Origin: Octopus vulgaris
Lineage: Eukaryota
Direction: 5' to 3'
Length of the DNA stretch: 64,000 nt
NCBI GenBank assembly: GCA_951406725.2
Contig: OX597823.1
Location: 434,001-498,000, forward strand
A model generated the notes under the pieces. It worked only from the letters and a program-made list of their open reading frames with translations. It did no database searches and was not told the DNA's origin. Below, in pieces: positions 12,479 through 26,029 of this stretch. Made by a program: the position numbers and the translations under genes. Within the stretch, counting starts at the first letter, position 1; every line of letters starts with the position of its first letter.

Positions 12479-14520
12479 CAGTAGTTTTATTTTTATAGCG
12501 TGCTTTCACTTCACTACTGAGTGCAGCTTTGTGTACATTTGATATGTGTTGTGGTGTGTTATGATGCTCTGATGGTTATTGTATGGAAAGTGTTCTGCGT
12601 AGGATGTGTGCAATTTTCTGTATGTTATATGTGTTTGTAAACCCTGGTGTTTTTGTCATGTATTTGTCTGAATATTTTTTTTTATCATACCTAATGCACC
12701 CACTATGATAGGAATTGTTTTTGTTTTTAGATTCCACATTCAAGTTACCTCTATTTCCAGGTCTTTGTATTTTGAAAGTTTCTCCATTTCTTTTAGAGAA
12801 ACGTTGTCATTTGCTGGTATTGATACATCAATAAGAAAGCATTCTTTTTCTTCATGATCTCTGACAACTTTATCTGGCCTATTAGCCTTAATTTCTCTGT
12901 GTGTATCGGCATATCCCAGAGTATGGTTGCTTTCTCGTTTTCTGTGACCTTTTCTGGTGTGTGCCTATACCATCTTTTTTCTGTTGTTATTCCATAGTGT
13001 TGGCATAGCTTCCAGTGTATGTAGGTCCCAACTCTGTCGTGTCTGTGAATATATTCCTTCTTAGCCAGGATTTGGCAGTCAGAGATAATATGATTTATTG
13101 TTTCTTGTCCATCTCCACATATTCTGCAGTTACTTGTTATATTTCTTTTCATTATGTTTTTGGTAATTTCTGGTGGGGTGGCTTTGGTCTTGTGCTGCAA
13201 TTAAAAATCCCTGTCTCTGCTTTGAGTCCTGAGCTTCTCAACCATTGCTGGGATTTTTCTCTGTCTATTTCTTTTGCATTTAGTTTAGTCCAGTATTTGC
13301 CATGAAGGGGCTTTTCTTGCCATCGTTTTATCATGGTTCTTTGCTGTTCTAGTTTTAGTTTGGATTTCATTTGTTTTATAGCTTTTGTTGTTTCTTCATC
13401 TTCTTCTTCTTCTTCATATTTATTTATTAGGTGGTATGATTTCTTGTTTGTATTTGTCAGCTTCCTTAAATACTGAGAACAGTTTTTTTTTTATTTTGCT
13501 CGTGTTTTGTGGCTATTTGTATCAGTTTTCCTTGCTTCTGAAGTAGGTATTTTTGCAGTCCGATGGTGGTTATTTTATAATAGTTTTCCAGCTGCATAAG
13601 GCCTCTACCACATTCTATATGTTGTATATATAGCCTTTCTATGTCAGATTTTGGGTGGTGCACCCTAGATCCTGTCATTATTTTTCTTGTTTTCCTGTCT
13701 ATTTTGGTCAGTTCATTTAGTGTCCAGTTAAGGATATTGTAGCTGTAATTTATAACTGGGACAGCTAAAGTGTTAATAACTATTATCTTGTTTTTAGCAT
13801 TGAGCTCTGTTTTTAGTATTGATCTAACTCGTCTATAATATTCTTTCTTTATTTTCTCTTTCATTTGTGTGTTTTATCGTATCTAGTTCATGGATTCCTA
13901 AATATTTGTATGTCTGGCTTTGGTCTAATTCTCTTATTTCATTGGCTTTATCTAGTGTGATGTTGCTACTCTTAACTAGTTTTCCTCTTTTCAGGGTTGC
14001 TTTGGCACATTTTCCTAATCCAAATTTCATATCTATATCTTTGGTAAATCCATGAACTGTCTGTAGTAGTGTTTCCAGCTGTTTATCATTTGTAGCGTAT
14101 AGTTTTAGGTCATCCATATATAAAAGGTGGTTGATTGTTTTGCCGTAACATTTGTATCCGCATCCAGATCTATTTAGCATGTCAGATAGAGGTGTCAGTG
14201 CCAAGCAGAAAAGGAGTGGAGAGAGCGTGTCTCCCTGGAATATTCCTCTTCTAATGAGGATGGCTTTGGTTTTCATGAGTCCCTCTTTTGTTTGGAGCTG
14301 TAGCACTGTTTGCCATTTATTCATAAAGTGTCCTATGTATTTTATAATTGTTGGTGCTACTTTGTTAATGGCTAGTGTTTTGAGGATCCATGTGTGGGGA
14401 ATGCGATCAAACACCTTTCTGTAGTCGATCCAGGCCATACTGAGGCCTTTCTTCTTTCTGTGGCTGTCTTCAGTTATGGCTTTATTGATCATTAGTTGAT
14501 CTTTACAGCCATATGAGCCC
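12479..14520 (-). mobile_element. 5'-truncated R4/Dong-clade non-LTR retrotransposon (RT + CCHC + RLE), frameshifted
   Basis: ORFs 13833-14492 (GIFQGDTLSPLLF, YMDDLKLY), 13466-13864, 13152-13370 and 12793-13200 (CRIC...HIISDC, RHD, ILWD); flanked on both sides by (TAA)n. Confidence 0.92.
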
Positions 14521-14699
14521 TTATTATTATTATTATTATTATTATCTGCCCTAACCTCTTACAAAACATATTTCCCAACAAACTGAAGCTATGTGTTGTT
14601 AATTAATCAGTTCCTGTCTATATATCTACAGAGCTGGTATCAAACATAAACAATTTCCTGTGCCAAAACAATGTCATTCATTTTAACCTTTTCATTGAC

Positions 14700-15392
14700 A
14701 GTGGCTGATACCTCTGTATGCTCAGCTATGTTACCTGGCAGTGAAACATGGGCTTTGACTACAAAGGACTTGCAAAGGCTTGGAAGAAACTAAGCTAGCA
14801 GGTGATGCTGGATGGGTGATGTCAGTGTACATGCATGACAGATTGTAAATGATTTAAGAGGAAAACTGGACATAAGAGGCATCAGATGTTCTGTGCAAGA
14901 GAGAAGACTCCACTGTTTTGGTCATGTGATGCATATGAATGAGGGCAGCAGTGTAAAGAAGTGCTGAGCTCTAAACGTGGAGGGTACTTGTGGAAGTGGT
15001 AAACCTTGGAAGACGTGGGACGAGGTGGTGAGAAAGGATCTTAGGATGCTGGGCCTCACTGAGGAGGTGACAAGGGACCAGGAGATGTGGCGATTTGCTG
15101 TACTTGATAAGAAGCATCAAGCTAAGTAAAATTGCAGTCTTCCACACATACAGGCTGGTCCTTTGCAGGTGCTGGTACCACATAAAATGCACCTGTGCTG
15201 GTGATGCATTAGTGCACCCAGCACACTCTCTTAAGTGGTTGGCATTAGGAAGGGGATCCAGCTATAGAAACCATGCCACAACAGACAACTGGAGTCTAGA
15301 CAGTTCCCTGCTAACCAACCCACCCCCCATGTCAAACCATGCAACCCATGCCAGTATGGAAAGTGAACATTAAGCGATGATGACGATGATTA
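14700..15392 (+). mobile_element. RTE LINE 3' end (degenerate)
   Basis: Homologous to 48153-49287 (GSETWA, VQERRL and WDEVV relics), with a (GAT)n tail. Confidence 0.8.
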
Positions 15393-15399
15393 TTACGTT

Positions 15400-15703
15400 C
15401 ATGGTATCAGAATATTGACCAGACTATCAGATGTTTGTATGCATCACTGGTCACAATGCGTTTCACATTGTTTTAACCATTGAATGATGCCATTCCACTG
15501 GCTAGGGGAGAGCAGGCTAACAGTCTTCCTGATCAGAAGGGGCTAATTTGTCGTGGGGTGACCCATTTAAAGCTGAGTGGACAGGAGCAACATGAAATGA
15601 AATGTTTTGCTCAAAAACACGCAGACTGGCCCAGGACTCAAACCCACGATCTAGTGATTGTGAGTGCAACACCCTCACCACTAGGTCATATGTAACCTTC
15701 ACA
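15400..15703 (-). mobile_element. SINE with family-B head and a different 3' tail
   Basis: Reverse complement head gtgaagg..tgacctagtggtgagggtgttgcactcacaatcac...gggtttgagtcc; core region shared with 7200-7346. Confidence 0.65.
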
Positions 15704-16296
15704 TATATGATTATATTATAAACTTTAAAACACCCAATGTTAATGAGTGAACCTTCTTTTTACTGGTGCAAATTTTATGGCAATACTGTGCAGTGTTTAC
15801 TGTGCATATAAATACTACTGTCTGGGAAGTAAACTCTCACAGACCACAAGGACTGGCAGCACAATATTGGCTACCATATGTCATAATTCCAGTTGTAATT
15901 TTACATGGCAACTTTTCACATTGTCTTCTTCATGGTTCTAAAGAACCCCAGCAAAATGACAATTATTTAAATCTTGTTGTCAGTAAAAATGAAGTGAAGG
16001 ACAATATATGTATCGGAAGATATTCAGATTTAGCTACATTTCCATGTATGAAATATCTTATTCCTGTCAATGCATCTGGTAGTATTCTAGGGGCTTTGGA
16101 GTGTTTCTCGGAAACAAGAATAAGATCAACAGGTAAAACTGTCTTTGAATAAATTAATAAAATAAACAGAATAATTGCTTACCAAATACGATTATTCAGA
16201 TTTAATTAAATATAGACATAAAACTATATATATGTAAGTATACACTGTTCAGATAAGCTTAGCAACTAAGGGGTTAGTAAATCCTATATAAGCATT

Positions 16297-16623
16297 AAGA
16301 CCCTTTGGTTATGAATGACCATGGGATTGCACCAAGAAAGTTCCCCACCAAGGAACAATTCTAGGCAAGATTGTTTATGGAAGCCTAGCAGTCGGCCATG
16401 CATACCAGCCTCTTCTCTCCTGACTACTGATGTTATCCAAGGAAAAGGCAAAGGCCATGATACAGCTTGGCACCAGTTACGTTGCAACTCATTTCTACAG
16501 CTGAGTGATCTGAAGCAATACAAAATAAAGTGTCTTGCCCAAGAACACAACATGCAGCTCAGTCTGGGAATCAAACTCAGTACCTCATGATTGTGAGCTC
16601 ACCACTGTGCCATGTGCCTTCAC
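16297..16623 (-). mobile_element. tRNA-derived SINE, family B
   Basis: Aligns end to end with 7005-7346. Confidence 0.85.
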
Positions 16624-16698
16624 TACATAAACATAGCAGTGAATGTAAAAAAAAAAATAAATAAAAGGGAAAATTAATGGATGACTCTAGAAACTTAC

Positions 16699-16812
16699 CA
16701 TTCCTTCAGGTGTTGGTGCAACTTCTAAGAACTGAAGACCAAAGTAGTCTTTTTCAATGAGTTCAAGATGATCATAGACTTTCTCAAGCAATGCCTGAGC
16801 TTTACTCCGTTT
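16699..16812 (-). CDS. PTPN4: PTPN4-like coding exon 2 (FERM N-lobe)
   Basis: tttcag|AAACGG...GGAATG|gtaagt; 114 nt, phase 0/0; KRSKAQALLEKVYDHLELIEKDYFGLQFLEVAPTPEGM contains the FERM_N motif HL.L.EKDYFGL. Confidence 0.95.
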
Positions 16813-17548
16813 CTGAAATAGATAAGTGAAAAAGTGGCTGTTCTAAGCATTGGATGTTGAGGTGTGGTCAGAAGAGACTATGGCAGAAGTTGAAATGATA
16901 GCATTATTAAACAACAATGGTAAGTGATAGCCAATGATGTGGGCAGAGAGTATAGAAGATGATGGCATCCTGACCACTAGAAGTAGGGTAGACAAGTTAT
17001 GGAGAAAGCATGACAAAATGAAGCATAGAAATTGGGGACCAGAGCAAAATAAAGAGGAAACTCAAATAACAACAGCTAATAAGGACCAATGTTTTCAGAT
17101 GGTTTCAGCTTAGAAGTTTCTTAAGCAGAAGATGATGGGCTGGATGACAGGGGTGTTGAGCCAGACACATGACTAACATAAAAGCAAATACTGTTGGCTC
17201 AGAGGACGCATGAATATTTCTGGAAACATTCTTCAATAAAATAGAATAAAAAAAAAAATCTTCATTTCATTTCATTTCTATTTTGAATTTATTTTTTCAT
17301 GAGGTTACACAAAAGTAAGACACAGCTGGGAAATGAGATTTGTAAGTAGAACAACTGGTGACACTATTTATAAGAAAGCAGATGTAATTGATACAAAGAT
17401 TTTTACAGCTGGATAGATCTTTCTACACATCTTAATGCCAATGAGAAAGAGAGAAAGAGGAAGAAAGTGTGAGGGGACGGAGGAAGAAAGAGCAAGAGGG
17501 GGGAGAGGAGAGTGGGGGCAAGAGAGAGAGGAGAGGGAGGGAGGTAGG

Positions 17549-17580
<32 letters not shown>

Positions 17581-20500
17581 GAGAAAGAGAGAGAGAGAGA
17601 GAGAGATTCTATTTCTTCAAGCAGAATTTGTTATTTCTTCCCAAAATAAGATAGCATAACAGTAACCACTAGCTGAGACTGACTACATTTCATGAAAGTC
17701 AAATGATTGCAAAATAAATGAAGATGGAAATGGAAGATCATAACAACAAGCAATGTCAAGAGAATGGATTATATTTAGTTATTTGTCAGTATATATTCAA
17801 TCAGACAGAATTTATTTTTCCAGGCCACTGCCAATTGGATGCTTTAGAATATCCAAACTCCTGCAAAAATTTCTTGAAACAAATATTTTTACAGGTGGAT
17901 ATTTCTTTTTACAAAGAGCTAAACAACCAAAGTGGAACATTGGAGAAATTCTTATGAGATGGATGGCTGCAGAAAGCGAAGCTTCAGGATTTTCTGGGGG
18001 TGGTGGTGGTGTTTACAGTGGTAAACAGAAACACATTAATCATTCAACCAGAATAAAACTAAAATTGTAACTGAACAGAAAAACAAATTAAGGACAGGTA
18101 ATTAAAAGGTGAAAAAGAAGTTGATAAAACCATTTGTTGATCTGAAGAAGGTCTGTTACCAAGTACCAAAATGGTGCACACCCTATGCAAAGGTGCAGTT
18201 GGCAAACTGATAGACAGCAAGGAGTTCAGTAGGAAATTTCATATGCAGTACATGTTCATCAAGATTAGCTTCTCAGCCCCTTCTTGTTCTCTGAGAAGTT
18301 TAAGGCTGGCTATCTGTGGGAACTCCTTTATGCTAATGATCAAGTTCTTACAACAAAGTCTGGAGAAGACTCAGACAAGAGATTTCAAATGTGGAAACAA
18401 AACTGATAATTGAGAACCTCAAGAGTAAGGGAGAAGAAGATAAAGTTTTAATAAGTAAAAAAGACAAGACTGTTGCTATCACAAAAAAATAAGATGGTTT
18501 GATATACAAAAAAAAGAAAAGAGTAAGCAGGAAGTGCATATGGTATGCAGAGAGTGAACCCTAGGTAGATAAAGTGTACTGGGCTTACAGGCAATCTGTC
18601 AGTGATGAAAGACTTTGTATGAGGCAGATATAAGAGGAGGAGCTAGCAGTGAGAGCAGCAGTAAAGTAAATTCTCTTCAATGCTTGGATGGCCTCATAGA
18701 AATACTTGAGAGAGCTTCTGTTAGCAAGGTGACCTAATTAGTAGAGAAGGAGGGTGTTGTTAAAGCCAGAACTAGAACAGAGTAGAAAAAGTACAGGGAG
18801 ATGTTTCCTCTGCTAGCAACAAGAGGATTCTCTTTTCAAACAAAGGGCAGATTGTATATTGCTTGTGTAGGAAGTGCATGTTGTATGATATTTAAAAAGG
18901 AATATTGAATGCAGAATATGTGTGAAGATTGGAAAGAAATGAAGTAAGCATACTCCACTGAATGCATAATGGTAGTGCAGCTGAGTAATGTTATTGTGAT
19001 GGTCTGAAAGAAATACTGAGTAAAAGAGGAATCAAATGTGTACAAGGGAGACGACTGTATTGATACAAACACGTAATGTGTACAAATGCTAAGAAATGAG
19101 TAAAGAAGTATGATGATACATGTATGTGTGTGAGTGTAACGTCTGTGGCAGCCATGTGTACTGAGGGTGCGTATATGTGTAAGCGTGGGGGTAGTAAGGA
19201 GTGAGAAGTAGTCGGGGAGGGTGGAGAGAACGTGGTTGGCGGGTACAGGTAGTGCTGTGGGGTAAAAGGGAAAGAGGAAAAAGGGTAATAGCTGCATAAT
19301 TCTGAAGCAAGTGAGAAAAGTGCAGGACAGAAAACTGAGGTAGTGAATTTAAACAAAAGGTTGTGTGCTTTGTAGAGAGAAATGAATTCCAGTTCCCTCT
19401 GAAGACAAGTAGTAAGGGATCTGCAGTTGGAGGTCAAGCAAAAGACTAAGAGAGGTTAGCTGGAGTGGCCAGTGGAGCAGAAATGCCAAGAGACAGATGA
19501 CTTGTTATTATACTGAATGCCCCTGAGATGCTCTACAAATCTGTCAGTTGGTAGTTGGTTTGACCACTGTTTATTGAATGAGAGAGGTAATATTGGAGCA
19601 GATATATATCAAGTTGTTGGAGATGTATTGGAAAGAGTGCCTTAAGTGGAAAGAGCTGTGGTTGAATTTGGTGAGGATGATGGTAAAGGAAAAGGAGCAG
19701 TGAAGGAATTTGGAAGGAGGATGGAGTGTGGGGAAGACGTTATGGATGAGGATGCTGTGTAAATTGCAGCGATACTTAAAGGAATGCATAGGAAAGGGAA
19801 GAAACAAGGTGGCAGAAGAGATAAAGGATGGTGCATTGTGGGAGTAGGGTATGGGGTAGTAGATAAGGAGACGTGGTGGGTTGGGTTCTGTAAGTAGAGT
19901 GTAAGGGTTGAGTAGCAATCAATGGTACAGAGATGAAAAAGCACAGTTTTAATAAGGGTAGACGGGTAACTATGTCAAATGAATAGACTGATCATGATTT
20001 GATCTTGGACTTGAAAGTCATGGTTGTGGCTATAGAAGCAGCATAGAAGGAAAAGAGGGAGAAAAGGAGGGTAGGCTGGGTGAGGGTGAGATGGAAGGAG
20101 GGAAATCAAGGTAGGAGTGGGTGTTGGTTTGTAGAAAACCTGCATGTGCTAGTGGTGCATTTTTGCGGAAGTTTATATAACTATGGAGAGTTCACCACAA
20201 CAATGTAGCCAGTTATTCTGATCACATAACCCAAGCTTTCCTGGTCAAGATCAACACATCACTTAGTTGACAGGTTCCCTACACTGTGTGATTTCTGACT
20301 CTTCCCAAAACTAAAAACCACTCTGAAAAGGAAGTGATTTGAGTTACAAGAGGAAATTATGAGGAAAGTGATGGTGGAGCTCCATAGTATTCCAGAGATG
20401 TTCCAGTGACAGAACTCCTAGGAGAAGTGGGTGAACTCCCAAGGACTTTGACTGGCACACCACACAATGTGCCACTACTGGAAAACCATACAACATGCCC

Positions 20501-21207
20501 CAACTGGCACAACACACACTATACAATATAACCCATAACCTGATCTAAACAATCAAACCACTTAACAAAATGAATGATCTAATTTGGTTGTCAACCACAA
20601 CTAGAATAACAACATATGATGTTTAGTCTTCCAAGTGTGGCTTTGAAGCAAGCCAATAGCAATATACTGCACACAAACGCTGAATGATAGAATGTCCAGT
20701 GAAGAGAATTACTAAATATACTTGACATATTGGTGTAGACATGACCATGAGATTCAGAAGTTTGCTTTGGAACTGCATGGTCTCTACTATAGCCATAGGT
20801 TGACTGACCCAATATGCTGAGAGTAAAATTAGTAAGAAATCCACTGTATATGTGTGTCAGTGCTGTCCTTTACCTTTTGACATTCACCTGCTGATTGACA
20901 ACGAAGTCATCAGTCAAACAAATGCTGTCATTTTCTTGCAATCACCCATGAAAACATATCTGGCCATAGAGCTGCTGTTTGTTACTCATAGATAAATATT
21001 TACTTAGAAACAGATGAGGGTTGGTGACAAGAAGGACATCCAGCCTTTGAAAATCTACCTGAGTTTCATCTGGTTTTCCATTGAAGAATGGAAAACCAGA
21101 TGTTGAATTGATGATGATTCTAAGGAGTAAATTACTGTTTAATCCTTGACACAACTACACACCACAATACAATAACTGCTTATTAAATACATTTGATACT
21201 ATGTATG

Positions 21208-22040
21208 CATGAGGTAGTATCCAAAAAGTTCCTGGACAATATCTATAGTGCACCAACAAATGGCAGCATACAGTTGTGTGCACAGTGAGGGCTAGCACTG
21301 ACCTTCATGAGGCAGTGTGCCAAGGGACATAGCTGGGTTTACTTTGCAAGTTGTGAAAATTGTGTTTTTGTGATCACATGTGTCAGCTGTAGTCTGCGAT
21401 TTTTCTAACGGGCAAGAAGTTGGGACAAAGAGCCAACCTGAAATTTTGTGTTAAACTTGGGAAGTCTGCTACAGAGGCATTGAGCATGCTTCAGCAAGCT
21501 TATGGCAATGAGGCAATGGGTTGAACACAATGTTTCGAGTGGCATGGGTGCTCCAAAAGCAGAACATCCTTGGAAGACAATGAGTGATCTGGAGGACCTC
21601 CCATGAGTGTGACCCCCGAAAATGCGAAGAGAATTCATCAGCTTGTGCATTAGGATTGTCAGAGGACAATTAACAACATTCTGGAGCAAATGAGGGAGGA
21701 CATTTGGTGAAAATAACTGGATATAGTATTACTTTTGCACCAGCCTTATTTGCCAGATTTAGCATCTGCAGACTTCCATCTCTTCCCCAAGATGAAAATG
21801 GAGCTCAAAGGTTCCTGTTTGAACACCATTGTCGAGATCAACAACAATTTGTAGAAAGTTCTCAACTTGCTTATGGAAAACAACTTCTAGGCCGGATTCC
21901 AAAAGTGGAAGGAACATTGGGACTGGGGTATTGCTGTGCAAGGTGACTATTTTGAAGGGGATGAAGTTAAAACTTGTGTAAATAAGTTATTTTTTTTATT
22001 AAACATAACTAGTCCAGGAACGTTTTGATACCACCTCAGA
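21208..22040 (+). mobile_element. Internally deleted mariner, same family as 10305-11237
   Basis: Same TIR type and collinear internal sequence. Confidence 0.85.
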
Positions 22041-23794
22041 TTATGTGTGTGTGAGAAGAATATGCAGGAAAGCATGTGTGTATGAATAGGAGAAAGCATG
22101 TGTATGTGTTATGAAATAGCAACATATTCTTATTTAAGGTCCATAATCAGTAAATAGAGAGAAAACTCAAAGAGCAGTATGACAATTAGTCAAAAAGATA
22201 AATCTGATGAGAGTTAGAGAAGTTAATAGAAAACTTCAAGAAATAGAGGTTAGAGGATGAATGAAGGGCAGAGAGTAGGAGTGTATACAAGTGCTTAAAA
22301 TGACAAACTACAAATAATATTTAAAATAAGATCGAAGAGGAGAAACAGTCGAAATAGAGCAGGTTGCTTCAAGAGAAAGAAGCAGTGAGAAGACAAAAGA
22401 ATTATATTAAAGATTATCAATAGGAAAAACTTGCTGATTAGTGAAGTCTTGTGAATGCTGCTTAGCTGAATGGCGGTACTATTACTATCTGGTAGTGGTA
22501 GTAGTAGTAGTAGTAGTAGTATGGGGGAAGTACTGTAACAGCGTGTCACAGCATCCACCATTTGTTGGGGGTTTCCTACTACTCTTGGCGGATGATGCCT
22601 CTACACCACACAAGCAACAACCCTCCAACTCCTGGGTTTGTTTGAGCAGCTGTTACTGGTGGTGGATTTATGAATTTGGAGTGCAAATCCTACCTCAAAC
22701 TTTTTTGGTTGCCTCTTATGACACACAGAGAAAACTTTTGGTCTATTCTTTGACACGTTGGTCCCCACTACACAATCTGATGACTAGTTTTTATTATAAA
22801 ATGTAACTGAGCAGTTTACTTTTTCATTTGTTAGCCTTTGAGTGGTTGGCGTTAGGAAGGGCATCCAGCTGTAGAAACAATGCCCGATCAGATTGGAGCC
22901 TGGTGCAGCCTTCTGGCTCGCCAGTCCTCGGTCAAACCGCGCAACCCATGCTAGCATGGAAAGCGGACGTTAAACGATAATGATTATGATGATGAGATGA
23001 ATGTGCAAGGAAAATGTGAATATTTTCTTGGAATACCTACAGGTTTGTGGTCTACACACACTCACACACACACACACAAAACTGATGTAGAATGTTGTGA
23101 AATGTCATATTCAAACCACTTAAAATGTATTTTGCTTAGTAACTGTTTAGTTCTAAGAAAGAGAGCTTGTGATTACACTTTCAAAGAACTACAGATTGTT
23201 TGTTATATATTTAACAAACAGCAAAACATGGCTTTTAACTTCACAGAGACAATAATTTCTATCCCACTTTACTCATTTAAACTTTTTCGATGGATGTAAT
23301 ATATTACACTGTTTACTTCTGCCATGAATGTAGCAGAAATTGCAGTGGAAACATGCAACATTCAAATGATTGTCCAGGTTGTTAAATATTTTCATGCAAC
23401 GTACTCTAATTGGGATTAAATCCTATCTTCTCTGGTGTATTAACTCCATGAGGAGCTGGATGGTTCTAAGGATTCAGATATTCATACATATTCACATGAA
23501 AAATTTCGTCAAGTAGATTCACAGTTGGATATCTGACCTAGCGTACCCAATGCCTATTTCTTCTTTTTTTTACTAAGTATGTACTACAGTGCAGAGTTAA
23601 AGAATGTGCTAGAAACATAAAGGATTACAACACCTCAGCTACCTACAGTCAGTCTGATAGTTTAACATTCTACCCAGCACAACACTCAATCTAACCTTTT
23701 GTGTAATTAATATAAATCCATGGCATAAACTAAGAGATGTCACCAGCAAGATCTGCAGTTCTTAAGCTGTTCACGACTTTCTCTCTCTTAACAC

Positions 23795-23829
<35 letters not shown>

Positions 23830-23849
23830 ATGTATGAGAGAGAAAGAGA

Positions 23850-24114
23850 GGCATAGCTGTGTGGTAAGAAACTTGCTTCCCAACCACATGGTTCTGGGTT
23901 CAGTTCCATTGTGTGACACATTGGGAAAGTGTCTTCTACTCACTAGCATAGCTAGGGGGTGGGGGTGGATGGTAGGGGCTTCAGGCAATATGTGTTTTTT
24001 GTGGGGTCTGGGGGTGGCACACACTCTAGCTACACTAGTGCTTCTACTATAGTCTTGAGCTGACCAAAGCCTTGTGAGTGGATTTGGTAGATGGAAACTG
24101 AAAGAAGCCCATTG

Positions 24115-24156
<42 letters not shown>

Positions 24157-25245
24157 CAAGCCAAATGAGACCATAACCTCGTGGCCTATGCCAGGAGCGT
24201 AACCAGCCCACTTATGCGTACCTTTTCCTTCTTTGGACACTAAACTCTGCTTGCAAAGACCTGTTGAGGCAAGTGAAATCAAAATCAAATTCAATGACTG
24301 GCATCCGTGCTAGCAGGGTGCAAAGAGCACCATACGAGTGTGATCGTTGACAGAGCGGCTAACCAGCTTCCGTGCCAGTGGCACATAAAAGGCACCATTC
24401 GAGTGTCATCATTACCAGCATCGCCTTACTGGCACTTGTGCCCCTGCTTGTAGGGTGCCAAGAGCACCATCCGAGCGTGATCGCTGCCAGAGTGGCTAAT
24501 TGGCTTCTGTGCCAGTGGCATGTAAAAGGGCACCATTCGTGCATGATCGTTACCAGCGTCGCCTTAGTGGCACCTGTGCCGGTGGCATGTGTAAAGAGAT
24601 TCGAGCGAGGTCATTGCCAGTACCGCCTGACTGGCCCCCATGCCAGTGGCACGTAAAAAGCACCCACTACACTCTCGGAGTGGTTGGCGTTTAGGAAGAG
24701 CATCCAGCTTGTAGAAACTCTGCTAGATCAAGATTGGAGCCTGGTGCAGCCATCTGGTTCGCCAGCCCTCAGTCAAAATCGTCCAACCCATGCTAGCATG
24801 GAAAGCGGACATTAAACGATGATGATAATGATAATGTATATATAGGAGAAGAATTGGAGAATTTACAAAAAATAAAAAAGACGAAGACAGGTGGTGTATT
24901 AGTTTAACGCTCGGGAAGTGAGAAAGTCTTTAATGTTTTGAGCCTACGCTCTTCCACAGAAGGAAACAAGGAGAGAAAATAAAGGATGTGTAGTGGCAAG
25001 CGATCTATCATGGCAAATGTATATATATGTATATATCTATCTATGAGTTTATATTTGTCCCCTCATCATTAATTGACAACCAGTGTTGGTGTGTTTATGT
25101 CCTCCATAACTTTTAGCAGTTTGGCAAAAGAGAGGATAAAATAAATACGAAGCTTAAAAAACAAGTCCTGGAGTTTGATATGTTCAGCTAAAATCGTTCA
25201 AGGCAGTGCTCCAGCATGGCCACAGCCAAATGACTGAAACAAATC
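23850..25245 (+). mobile_element. SINE family A carrying three nested insertions
   Basis: Head at 23850-24112 and tail at 25050-25245 (gtgctccagcatggccacagccaaatgactgaaac); interrupted by a MITE, an RTE 3'UTR (~24160-24835) and a pLTR-like piece (~24843-25018). Confidence 0.8.
23941..24040. mobile_element. 100 bp hAT-like MITE
   Basis: TIRs cactagcatagctag / ctagctacactagtg; exact 8 bp TSD cttctact at 23933-23940 and 24041-24048. Confidence 0.85.
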
Positions 25246-26029
25246 AACACACACACCAAATCTCTATTCTTACTGTTGAAATGGACCTAATCCATCAAAA
25301 GTTAATTGATGTTTAGATTTGCCACTGAATTATTGAAATATTCAAACCTAAGTTATGTTTTTAATCAAACAATAAGATCAGCAGCTCCAACCTTAAAAAG
25401 GACTTCATAACACTGTGATATTATTAGCATCATATTAAATGTTAATGTCTGCACAATACAACAATGGTGGGTCAAATAAAGTATTTATTCTCAAAAGCAT
25501 TCACTGTTAATCAATACTAATCATGTGTATACAAATTAATCAAGGTCTAAATGGAGTAGAAATCTGTTTAACCTTATCTGTTCAGCTAAGCAAGCATTTT
25601 TCCATCCGTCTCTACTCTCATCATAGCCTCAATACTCCTAACAAAATGTCTGCACAGCAACATGTCTGTCTAAATTCCACTGCCATTCTTCCCTTATTCT
25701 ATGAATCAATTAGTAAGTCTATTGATAGACCCAGGTCTGTGTATTCAGCTGTCCAACTTAAGTATCCAACCGCATTCCTACATTTCCAATATCCATTCAA
25801 CTATCTGTCGCCACCCTCCACGTCCCAAAATCAGTTTTTCTCCTTCCTGTCTAAGGCTCTAAATCATACATTGTAACTTTCTCATAAATATAAATTCAAC
25901 AGAATACTTTCTTGGAAGCATTCTTAAAACCAATCTGCACAAACAGCAACATCAACAAATGGTCTCAAGTGTGAGGAGGGCCTACTTAGACCTTGATGCT
26001 TTTGTGAGTATGCATGTATATATGAAAAG

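Noticed and set aside
18830-20130. Purine-rich tract with several minus-strand ORFs
   Set aside because: Probably a very old Penelope-like relic; no reliable motif and no evidence for a host exon.
24300-24665. CRISPR-like repeat/spacer look of the tgcc(a/g)gtggca units
   Set aside because: The units are degenerate, the spacers are related to each other, the array is part of an RTE 3'UTR, the context is eukaryotic and there are no cas genes.
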